From: Adineta vaga | Taxonomy: Eukaryota; Animalia; Rotifera | Assembly (NCBI GenBank): GCA_021613535.1 | Contig: CP075492.1 | Coordinates: 17,298,001 to 17,362,000 of the forward strand | Length of the DNA stretch: 64,000 nt | Direction of reading: 5' to 3' | In this document: positions 23,836-34,643 of the stretch, piece after piece | How the letters are laid out: every line of letters begins with the position of its first letter | How positions within the stretch are numbered: the stretch's first letter is position 1 | The notes under the pieces: model-generated | The model's database searches: none | Seen by the model: the letters and a program-made list of their open reading frames with translations, nothing else | Told to the model about the DNA's origin: nothing | Position numbers and translations under genes: made by a program

Positions 23836-24496
23836 ATGGCCTTCTATCCTGCATTCTTCGTCTATTTTCTCACTTTCTTATGTATTGCAGCTCGCGAACG
23901 TGTTACCTTACCGGATGTTGATCGACAATACATAACAGAAATGTTGAGGGTGGAAAATCCGGATTATACGTTAGTTGAAACAGGCAAACTTATATACGAA
24001 CTGGAAAATTTTTATACTGTTATACGTGATAATCTTTTTGCATGTGGTCCTCCGAAGAAAATTGATGCTGTCTATCATCTACATGTAATCAACACGCGCC
24101 TTTACCGTACGTTTTGTGAAGCAACTTTTGGAAGATTTATTGATCATATTCCCTTCTGGTCTGGTCATGTAAGTTTGTTTCTTTCTGCACGAATACTCGA
24201 ACAGATAGTCGAGTGATTCAAATTAGCTTTTTTTTTAAATTAATCGTATGAATACAATCTCTTTATGCTTATAGCCTACAAGCGACGAACATCAAACTGA
24301 TTGCAGCGATCAATTAAGTCTTTTGGAAGCTCACGGCATCAACGTAACTAGTCCATGTCTTTGGCGAACACCGCAAGCAAAGTGTCGCACTGCTTGTCTT
24401 CATCATCATAAAGAATCACAAACGGCACAAGATGCTCTTGTTAGTGCATCATCACACTATAGAGCCATCGATTCTTCTGTACATGACTCTTTGTAA
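23836..24496 (+). CDS. Secreted glycine-rich-domain (GRDP/DUF1399-like) protein
   Basis: Signal peptide and motif PPKKIDAVYHLHVINTRLYRTFCEATFGRFIDHIP. Intron 24169-24274 (GTAAGT...ATAG) restores the frame to TAA at 24494-24496. Confidence 0.65.
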
Positions 24497-24975
24497 TTAT
24501 TTCAGACTTTTTCATCGGTTTTCTCTTTAATAATCTCGAACAGAAACATTTTTTTGTGTGTTCATTTTTGAGAAATAATAAAACACGACGTATTTAATTT
24601 AGAATCGTTTGACGCGGTTGCGCATAGGAAAATTCTATATTGTCGTACTCTTGTTTTGAAGCTGAACACAATTGTCATGACTCGCGGATTTCACTGTCTA
24701 GCTTATTTCAATGGACAATATATTTCTATAGTTCATTAAAATAAAATAAACTTTTTTTCCTATTTGTGGTGTTTTCCATCAGTAATTCTTTTCCTTTATT
24801 ATTAGAATGAAGAAATAACGCAATGAAAATCAAATTTGTCGTCAGAAAGTTTCGAAGCATTCAAACGTTATAAATATGATATTTGATGTAGAAAAATCCA
24901 CTTACTATTTTTTTGTATGTTAGAAATATAAAAGTCATGAATTTTCACATATGAAAAGATAAAGTAGGTTTTGGA

Positions 24976-25802
24976 ATGTCTTTAACATTACTCGGTGAAA
25001 GATTAACAGTTGGAATTGGTTCAATATTTTTCGTGACAGATTTTCTAGGAAATGGAATAAATATTGTCATATTTTCTAATAGAAGAATAAATCATCGAAG
25101 TTGTTGTTCGTTTTATTTATTAATTGGATCAATAATAAATATATTATATATTTGTATTATTTTAATTCCTCGTATTGTAACAGCAGCAAATGGAATTGAT
25201 TTAACTCGTACTTCATTAATTTGGTGTAAAATTCGAGTATTATTTACTGGTTCACTTCCACCAATGTCTTTAACTTGTGCATGTTTATCAATAATTGATC
25301 AATATTTATCAACATCAAAGAATATTCATATTCGTCAATATAGTAATATGAAATAACATCAAGAGGATGTAGTGCATCTAATACAATTTATTCGATTTAT
25401 ACCACCATATATCTTACAACTATTAATGGTTTTATTCCGGTGTTTATTTTAATGATATTTGGATGGTTAACTTATAGAAATATTCGTCAAACACAAGTTC
25501 TTGCTCATAGACAAGCAGATCGTCAATTAACGAAAATGATTTTAATGCAAACAATGATTGTTATTCTTAGTAATATAATATATGAAATTAATAATATGTA
25601 TCGTTTTATTACAGCTGGAATAACTAAAGATACAGATAGACAAATTAAGGAGAGTTTTGTTACAACAATTGTTACATTGATTTCTTATTTTTATTCTATT
25701 GGAAGTTTTTACATATTTCTGATTTCATCAAGTCAATTTCGTCAAAAAGTTAAACAACGACTATCGTTTTGCCAAAGAAACAATCAAATCAATCCAACTT
25801 AA
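24976..25802 (+). pseudogene. GPCR with internal deletion/stop
   Basis: Two ORF halves (TM1-3 ending near LSIIDQY; TM5-7 with DRQLTKM and SSQFR). The TM4 region is missing around 25356. Confidence 0.8.
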
Positions 25803-25851
25803 GGTGTGGATGAAAGGATGAATATTTAACCTTTATCTACACCCACACACA
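25794..25851 (+). repeat. Hairpin element E7 overlapping the GPCR stop codon
   Basis: CCAACTTAAGGTGTGGATGAAAGG-atgaatatttaa-CCTTTATCTACACCCACACAC; the TAA at 25800-25802 lies inside the tail. Confidence 0.8.
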
Positions 25852-26022
25852 TATACTAGTTCCATCTGTTTGCAATAAAAATAAAAAATTATTATTGGTT
25901 TATCTTTCTTTCAGCTATAATGACGACGAAATTTCATAATCATCAAAACTTTACTATTAATCAAAACGAAATGTAGCTGTCAATTATACATTATATAGAC
26001 AACGCAACGGAATATAACAAAT

Positions 26023-27305
26023 ATGTCTAAATTTGTTATTTTACCGATAGAACTTATTTATCGAATTCTGGATCAGCAGAATGATTGTACTTTGTTTTTT
26101 TCGATGCAAAATGTCTGTCAACGATTTAACCAAATTCTCAAAACGTACCATCGATATCAGGTAATTCTGATGAAAACAGTTTTTCACTCAAAAACGTTGA
26201 AAAAGTTAAGTTTAACATAGGTATTATCGAGACTTTTTTTCAAAAGTAACCATCATCGCTTTTTTCACTCTGTTTGAGGGTGTGGTTTTTGATTTTGAAG
26301 ACGTTCACATCCACATCGAAATATTGTGCCATGTTTTGCTATTCTAGAAAATCGTTGCATTGGATTTTGGGTACACTGAAATCAGAGTAAAAGGAGCACA
26401 ACACCTAGCCCATGCATTGAAAACAAACATGGTAAGAATCATTGCCTATGTATACACCTATTATCTTCTTCGATTTCATCATGAGCAGACACTCACCACA
26501 CTGAATATACAATCCAATCAAATCGGTGACAGAGGAGCTCATTATATTGCCAATGCATTGACAACAAACACGGTAACATTCATTCTCTATGCACACATCT
26601 CCCCTATTCATATGTTCTATCATAAAATAGATTCTCATTACACTGAATCTCAGTTACAATCATATCAGTGGCGAAGGAATTCAACATCTTAGTCATGCTC
26701 TGCAAATAAATAGGGTAATATTCATTTGTTATAAAGATAACGTCCATCTTTATCTATTTATATATATTAACAGACACTCATTTCACTGGATCTTGGACAT
26801 AACGAAATTGATGACAAAGGAGCTCAACATATTAGCAATGCATTGCAAACAAACACGGTGTTATTGATTCACTATATGCTTACATATGACATATTAATTT
26901 AATTTGTCATAAATTTAGACACTTACTACACTGAATCTCGGATACAATTGGATTGGAGTAAAAGGAGCACAGCATTTTGGCTATTCACTGGAGATAAACA
27001 CGGTAATATTCATTCTCTGTGTACATATTTTATATATTCAGCTATTTAATTATCAATAGGGGCTTACTACATTGAATCTCACTAACAATTGTTTCGGAGT
27101 GAAAGGAGCACAACATATTGTCGATGCATTCGAAACAAACACGGTGACTTTCATTCTCGATGCATCAATCTATCAGCTCTTTCTGTTTCATCATCAACAG
27201 ACACTCTCTTCACTGGAGCTCGGGCGCAACGGAATTCGAGAGGAGGATGTAGAACATTTCAGAAGCGCAGCAGGATCTCCGCTTAGAATGGTACGATGGC
27301 ATTGA
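26023..27305 (+). CDS. F-box plus RNI/NLRC3-like LRR protein, multi-exon
   Basis: LPIELIYRILD F-box exon, then repeated exons of about 84 nt (TLTTLNIQSNQIGDRGAHYIANALTTNT) with GT-AG introns. Confidence 0.85.
26274..26317 (+). repeat. Hairpin element E8 (intronic)
   Basis: TTGAGGGTGTGG...TTCACATCCACATC in the first intron region of the LRR gene. Confidence 0.55.
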
Positions 27306-27428
27306 ATGGTATTATTTTTTGAACGAACATCTTTTTATATTGCATTTTTTTATGGTTACAAAGTGTTTGAAGCAATGTATATCAGCTTTTACTCTAAGAA
27401 GTGGATGAGAAATTGTTTTGATTCAGAT

Positions 27429-27487
27429 CATCTTGACGGTGGGTATATATATGAATGGAGAAGATATGCACATGCCCACACCTACCC
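27429..27487 (+). repeat. Hairpin element E9
   Basis: CATCTTGACGGTGGGTAT...ATGCCCACACCTACCC. Confidence 0.8.
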
Positions 27488-27803
27488 TGTATGTTATTCA
27501 CCCTCCAAAGTATCCAAAGAAAATTCGAGAACATACCGAAGTTGGAGAAAAAGGCTGGTATAGTCGCCCCTTCACTATACAGTATGATTCCAACAGTAAT
27601 TCAAATCAAAATATATCCGTCTCTGTTCTCCTCACTCTCCTGAAGCCTTCTGATATAAACCATATTGATTGTAGTCTAACGTTGTCTTGAATCTAATGTT
27701 ATACGACACAAGAATGTTTAAACAACTCTCAGTAAACCTTGAGAAAAATGATAAATGTGTGATAGAGATAAGAACAGCATATTCTTACTGCTCTATCTGA
27801 ATA

Positions 27804-28973
27804 ATGCGTATTGTTTTAACTTTTGTTTTTCTGCTTGTTGTTACTTATCAACATGATATTATTTTATTCCATAATAATTCAAATTATTTACGTGGAACGA
27901 ATTATATTCGTTTAATTAATACATCAATGCATGCAACATTTGAACCAAGTCTATATTCTACTTGGAAAATTGAAGATGCATTAACACAAATGGAAAGTTA
28001 TGGATATAATTATGTACGAGTATTTCTTGCTTGTCCTTATTTCTATGCTGGATTCGGACTTTCATCACCTGGTGTTCCGATAAATTATACAAAAAATATT
28101 GTTGATTTTCTTATTCGTGCATCAAATCATAATATATCAGTAATGTTAACAGCTGATTTCAATCCTTTGAATTATCAATCTATTATTGATTCCTATCCAA
28201 TACCAGCAAATGTAACAGGAATCAATTTAATAATCTTTCATCGTGGTCAAATAGCAGCTAAAGCACAATTTCTTCAAGATCTTTTATCTCAAATTAAATT
28301 ATTAAATAGAATTGCGTTCGAAACCATATTTGCTATTGATATTTTCAATGAAATATCAATTTCTGTTCATGAACAACCATTTTCTTTCACTAGTGGATTT
28401 GTTTCTTTCGAAGATATTCTTTATGATATGTCGAAAGGTAATGATCGTCAACAAATGCTTGATATTGCTGGTAATAGTTGGATGGATTCGATAGTTGCAA
28501 CAATCAAATTAATTTCACCAAATATTTCCGTTTCAGCTAGTCTTTTCTCTCCTAATGCTGTTGGTCATGATGGTTTTGATGGTGTTCAAACTCGTCCAGC
28601 AGGTGCTGATGATCGATATCCGTTGAGACCGGCAAGTCTAGTCAAAAGTCTAGCTGACTATATTGATTTACATGTTTATGCCAGTGATAATGCAAAGAAA
28701 GAACTTGAAGGAGCTGCACTCAGTTCTGAAAAACCAATTATAATGGGAGAAACAGGTGCATATACAGGATACTTTTCAAATGCATCTATCGCTGCCTTAG
28801 CAATCAAGAAAGTAATTATTGATAGTTTTGATTATAAATTTAGTGGATGGAGTATTTGGACATGGGATAGTACCGATCAAATACCACGATTTTGGACACT
28901 AACTGAACAAAATAATACACTCAATAATATTTTAGCACCAAATGTATGGCCTTTGGGAAAACTTTCAATGTAA
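27804..28973 (+). CDS. Secreted clan GH-A glycoside hydrolase (GH5-like)
   Basis: Intronless, with signal peptide, GYNYVRVFL, IDIFNEI (acid/base), DLHVY, IIMGETGA (nucleophile) and WTWD. Confidence 0.8.
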   Translation: MRIVLTFVFLLVVTYQHDIILFHNNSNYLRGTNYIRLINTSMHATFEPSLYSTWKIEDALTQMESYGYNYVRVFLACPYFYAGFGLSSPGVPINYTKNIVDFLIRASNHNISVMLTADFNPLNYQSIIDSYPIPANVTGINLIIFHRGQIAAKAQFLQDLLSQIKLLNRIAFETIFAIDIFNEISISVHEQPFSFTSGFVSFEDILYDMSKGNDRQQMLDIAGNSWMDSIVATIKLISPNISVSASLFSPNAVGHDGFDGVQTRPAGADDRYPLRPASLVKSLADYIDLHVYASDNAKKELEGAALSSEKPIIMGETGAYTGYFSNASIAALAIKKVIIDSFDYKFSGWSIWTWDSTDQIPRFWTLTEQNNTLNNILAPNVWPLGKLSM

Positions 28974-29040
28974 TCGCAGAATTTGAACTATGTAATTAAG
29001 AAAGATCTATTTTTAAGAATAAAAAGACAAACAAAATAAA

Positions 29041-29098
29041 ATCTTAAGGGTGGGTGTAGTTAAACATGAGTCTATGCTCCTAACACAAACCCACACCC
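29041..29098 (+). repeat. Hairpin element E10 between convergent genes
   Basis: ATCTTAAGGGTGGGTGTAGTT...AACACAAACCCACACCC. Confidence 0.85.
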
Positions 29099-29110
29099 AA
29101 ATGAATTCCA

Positions 29111-30694
29111 TTATAAAGCTAATAAGTGCTTGATATCATCTATAATCGTTGAGTCATTGTATTGATCAGCTATATGAATAAATTTGATTGCATCTAAGAC
29201 GGCTTTAACCAAAGATTTTGGAAAATGTTCGATTTTTTTCAAACTACTGTTTAATTTGTTACAAATTGAAATGAGTATATCAGATGCAACTCGCAGAACA
29301 TTATATAACTGATTAACTGATTCCGTGGCTTTGTTTTGTGTGAATTCATTTGATTGAAATATTTGATCAAGTTGATTAATAGTAACATTAAATTCTTGAT
29401 CAACTTGATCATATTGCAGTTTGATTGGTTGATATTCGTTCTCTAATATATTTTTCTCCTTTTCTTTGACTGCCAGATATTGACGAACTTTTCTCTTTTC
29501 TCCGAATGGGTTTCTTATAGATCGTGCTTTTAGACTCATTGTAACTTCATTTATTCGTTGATGTAATCGATCTAAATTTTCCTTTGCAATTCTTTCACCG
29601 TCATCAATACGAATTCTCTCTAATTTCCATGAGAACCAAGATCCTGTTTTAACTACACGATATTTCTCCACCATTTGTTCGTAATGTAATATCTGACTTT
29701 TAAGATCTTTCAACTTTTCTTTCATATTTGATCGAGCAGTCTTTGAATCTCGAATTGCAGTATCATAAAATTGTTCTCGATATTTCAGAGATTCGATGGC
29801 GCCATTGATTTCACCTAGACGCGATGTTACATTTGTTAATTCTTTGGAAAGTTGTTCTAATGTAATTTCTAGATTGTCTCACTTCTTTAACAAATCTTTT
29901 GTTTGATCACCGCCTTTTTCAATAAATAGTTGCGAATAAATATCCATGAGGTTTAATCTCGATATTTCGATAAATTCCGAAGATTGGTTAATAAAATTAA
30001 AATTTAGCTGTTCTTTTAAATTCATCAAATAATCTTTATCGTGTTCATTCATACCACGATGTAAAATATGCCAACTTTTAATCACAAACTTAGATAAAAT
30101 AGCACAAGCGTCAGCAAAGCCTACTTTAATTATTTGATTCGTTTTGGAATATGCAGCTGATAAATTCTGTAGATGAGGAATCGATTTTGCCGAAAGCATA
30201 CCAGTTGCATTGTTTATTATATCAGATAGACTTTTGAAGGATCGTAAAATAGTATCATTTTTCGACGATTTGATCGCTTTTTTTATTTTATCCCAATCAC
30301 TTTTGCCGAAAGTAATCGGCAGTTTTTTATGTACGGCTGAAAAATGAAAATCGAAAGTAAACTCTTGATAACTTTTGTTCTACTAAAATTCTTCAAGACT
30401 ATATCTACTTTTCTTTTTGTTCTTCTTCTTTGCTTTAATTGATCGTACGAGTCGACTGCTACGTTTAATATCATTCATTGATGCTTCATCATCTACCCAT
30501 CGATCAGATGATAGCAATTGAATCGTTCGATCAATTTTGTTCCCATCAACAAAAGATTGATTGACTTCTAATTTCCACCTAAGATCACGATTGTTTGACC
30601 TGAAACACGAAGTTGAATTGATTTTGGTATATAAGAGTAGAAGATAAGTAAGAAATGTGAAGTATTGCATTTTAGAATGACGAAGAAGAACCAT
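29111..30694 (-). pseudogene. Coiled-coil protein, disrupted paralog of 30890-32639
   Basis: Shared motifs KVGFADACAILSKFVIK and IDDIKHLL. In-frame TGA at 29879-29881, frameshifts at about 30300-30420 and a deletion across the first intron region. Confidence 0.8.
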
Positions 30695-30889
30695 CGATGT
30701 AATACAATTTATAAAATGAGTAAGTAAAATAAAAAGGATTAAATTACGGTAGTATGGGATAAAAATGTTAGTCATGAGATGACATAGGTGTATTGTTTCA
30801 TCTTTTGTTTGTAGATCAATTTTTATTTTGCTTACTCATTTTGATTATCGAAACAAGATAACATTTATTTTATAAATTGTATTACATCG

Positions 30890-32639
30890 ATGGTTCTTCT
30901 TCGTCATTCTAAAATGCAATACTTCACATTTCTTACTTATCTTCTACTCTTATTTACTAAAATCAATTCAACTTCAATCAGCGAAGACGCTCAAATCGAA
31001 AAGTCGAGAGATACATAGAATAAAATATCTATTCAATCGGATTTATTGTTTATGTTTCAGGTCAAACAATCATACTCTAACGTGGAAATTAGAAGTCAAT
31101 CAATCTACTGTTGATGGAAACAAAATTGATCGAACGATTCAACTGTTATCATCTGATCAATGGGCAGATGATGAAGTATCAATGATTGATATTAAACATA
31201 GCAGTCGACTCGTACGATCAATTAAATCAAAGTGGAAAAGGAAGAAAATCATGTGTGTAAGGAAAAAAGGTAAAAGGAATCGCAAGAGAGGAAGAAAACC
31301 AGTAGTACAGCGAAGGATAAACATTCCTCCACAACCATCGGGTAAGATACTAGTATTAACTAAACCTCGTATTTTTCTTCGTTCCCTTTTTGAAATAGTT
31401 ACCCAAACTACAACAGTTACTTTCCCGCCTGGAAATGTGAATATAATAGTCGACTTTATAAAGAATTCAAAAGCACAAAATCAATTGGAAAATTTTAGTA
31501 AAATATCTGATATGATTAACAATTGCACTGGTTTACTCTCGAATGATCATATTTCTATTTTACAAGAGTTAGCTGTTTCGTATGCTCATACAACTAGAGC
31601 TATTAAAGTAAGTTTTGCTGATACATGTGCTATCTTATCGAAATTCGTCGTTAAAGCATATCATGTTATGAAACATTCAATGAACAAAAAAGATGAAGAA
31701 ACTTTACAAAACTTTGAAAAAACATTAAAAATTGATGTTCTTAATCAATTTAATTCATTCGAAAATAGTTCTCGAAATCAATTAATTGAAATCCATTCAA
31801 AGTTATTGATCAAAGCACATGGTGCTAAAATGAAAGCATTACTTAAACAGCGAACTGAAGAAGAAACAAAAGTTGAAACAAAAGCAGAAGAACTTAAGAA
31901 GAAATATGTTGAACTAAGTATTATTCAGACAAATATTGAATCATTACGTTACAATCAAAGTATTCTTGAAAAAGCCATGAATGATTCAGAAAAAGCAAAG
32001 AAATATATAGAAGTAGAAATTCAAAGATTAGAAAATCAAATATCAAGTTATGAACAAAAACTATTGGATCATCGAAATACTCGTACTAAAGAATATCGAA
32101 AATCTTGGATATATTCATGGAAAATACGTGATGTAATCAAGAATAATGGAGAAAGTATAGCACGAGAAAATCTTTATAGATTATTGGATAGAATTCGTAC
32201 TATGAAACATACTATGAAATATTGGTCAAATGAAAATGTCGTAAAACGTCTTACGGTAATTAAATATAATTTGACACGTCTGTTAAATGATAGCAATTCA
32301 CAAGAAAAACTTTATAAAAAATACAATGAATCTTATAATCAAGCTGAAACAAAATTTTTTAAAATCATTAAAGAAATTGAAAGTATAGAAGAAACAACTG
32401 GGACTGTGAATGTAAAGAGTATGGAAGCAATAGATCGTTTAGCTCGTGCTGTTCAAAGTGGACAAGAATCATTTGTAGATGCTTATAGTGCAGTAAGAAG
32501 AATTATTGGTAGTCTCGATCTTAATCCTGATCTTTTGACTCAATCTATTCTATACGCATTACAATTTCTTAGAATGGGTGATGATTACATGAAAACAACA
32601 AGAATCGATGATATTCGACGATTACTTGGAATTGTCTAA
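30890..32639 (+). CDS. Putative secreted long coiled-coil protein of unknown function
   Basis: ATG at 30890 or 30914 with a hydrophobic leader. Intron 31003-31060 joins in frame to ORF 31182-32639, which has a basic patch followed by a heptad-rich region. Confidence 0.8.
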
Positions 32640-32716
32640 GTTCAATTCCGGCATTTCTTTTCTTTTCCTATTCATCACATTTTATTGATTTTAAATTTAT
32701 TGTTCAATAAATATAA

Positions 32717-33289
32717 TTATGCATGATTATCTACATTCAGATGAACTCTTTCACATTTTTGAATATGTTGCTCACACCCTAAATTATTCGGTGGTAATCC
32801 TTGTTTAGCCATGTGTTGAAGTTGTTCAAGCCAATGTTGATGTTGAGTATACATTCGACGAGGAAAAAAGAATTTACTTAATCGTGCAACTAAACCATGT
32901 TGACTTTCTTCTGTAATGACATAACAATTGTTTTCATCTCGTGGTATAATTATCCAGGCATGATAGACATATAAACCTAATAAACCACGTGCATCCCAAG
33001 CAATTCTTTCACCTTCAATATATTCACGTACTTGAGATGTTAAATTTACACCAAATGTACGCCAAGTAAAACGAGTATTTTCACGAAGTATTGATGATTC
33101 TTTATCGGTAATAAAATTCACATTCTGTGAATTATTATAATACGTTGGCCACAGACGAGCATGTACAAGCCATGACCATACATTTACAGCTGACGCTGCT
33201 ATTTCTAGTTCGTTTTTGACATGTACTGCACATCTATTTGGCTGAAATTCGATCGGCCAATTTACTGTTGTTTGTTCAGTATTTTGCAT
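32717..33289 (-). CDS. SRPBCC/polyketide cyclase-like (START-fold) protein
   Basis: Intronless, with NELEIAASAVNVWSWLV..WPTYY, FTWRTFG, RIAW, YHAWII and VITEESQHG. Confidence 0.8.
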   Translation of the reverse strand: MQNTEQTTVNWPIEFQPNRCAVHVKNELEIAASAVNVWSWLVHARLWPTYYNNSQNVNFITDKESSILRENTRFTWRTFGVNLTSQVREYIEGERIAWDARGLLGLYVYHAWIIIPRDENNCYVITEESQHGLVARLSKFFFPRRMYTQHQHWLEQLQHMAKQGLPPNNLGCEQHIQKCERVHLNVDNHA

Positions 33290-33562
33290 ATAGAATAGAG
33301 AATATACACGTGTGTCTTTTTATCAACTGAAAATGAAGAATAAAAAAATAATATGTAAATATTCTTATCACATGTATTAAACTTCAAATAATATAATTCA
33401 TCAACAACGACTAAGGTATATAGTAACAGTATAATTCGTCATTTTCTTTCTTTCTTTCTTTCTCCAGTCCATGAAAGACAAGCTTCGTAATAGTATATTA
33501 AATACCGAATAATATTTGGCAAAGAACGAGAGAGACTTCACTCTTGAGATTGGAGAATGAAG

Positions 33563-34532
33563 CTAAGGATGAAATTGAATTGGTTCAGCAAATTGTGTAG
33601 CACCTTCGTGTGACCAATCGAAACCAGTGCAACAATTTCCAGCGAAATGTTGACAATTTTTCTTAGTAAAATGATAAACACCTGCACCATACGATGAATC
33701 TGCATATTCTTTAGCCGCATTTAAAATTTGTGTTGGAGTACGTCGACGAATTCGATAGACTATAATAAAGTAGATAAATTGAAAATCAATGTCTCAAACT
33801 ATTGTTTTACATACCTATCACCTTAATTTTACCATCCTTGTTGAGAGTAAACTTTTCCCATGGTTGAAATTTTACACAAGTTGTCGATTTTGCTGTTTTC
33901 GAATCACCTTCGCCAGATGAGATGTGATAAACTGTACGATTACCAGCATAAATACAATCATGATGATATAAACCACGAGACACTGATACATGATCACCAG
34001 GTTTAAGGAACACGTCCGGATTATCTATACATCATAGAAAATGCGGTACAAAAAAATATCAAATAACACGAACTTGAGCATTCTTTCGGCATTGTTACAT
34101 GATGAGCACAATGTGGACATACTACTTCACGAGTAGAATTATGTCCATCACATTGAAAAAACGGTGGTTGTTGAGATAATTGTTCCTTGTATTTATTAAT
34201 CTGATCCTGACATAAAAGAATCAAAGAATAACAATAACAAAAATATATCTCAAGAAATAACCTTTGTACCATCCAAAGTCAAATGATCTGTACGATGAAA
34301 GTGACAAATATTACCATTTGTATGACTTTCATCGAAGAAAGTTCTTAAAGCATACCACCAAGTTGTTGTAACTACAAAAGCAACTTCTTGACCAACACTA
34401 TAAAACAGAATGAATCCAACATAAGTACAAAGAATCAACTTACCTACTCACTGCATATTCTCGATATACTTCGTTACCAATAAATGTATAAGATTTTAAT
34501 GCTGAATCAACTCGATCTTTGAAAGAAGACAT
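33563..34532 (-). CDS. LRAT-domain (permuted NlpC/P60) protein, multi-exon
   Basis: LKPGDHVSVSRGLYHHDCIYAG (H-box) and a downstream exon YHFTKKNCQHFA (NCxHF). Exon borders are approximate and the gene may be damaged. Confidence 0.7.
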
Positions 34533-34623
34533 AATTGATTTATAAAGAATCTAGAATAATAGACCTCAACAATTACTCAATATTTCTAGATATTTTTCTC
34601 AGCATGTAACGAAAAAACTCTTC

Positions 34624-34643
34624 GGTGTGGGTGTTGGTGTGCG
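34624..34643 (+). repeat. Half-site E11
   Basis: GGTGTGGGTGTTGGTGTGCG with no clear partner arm. Confidence 0.5.
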
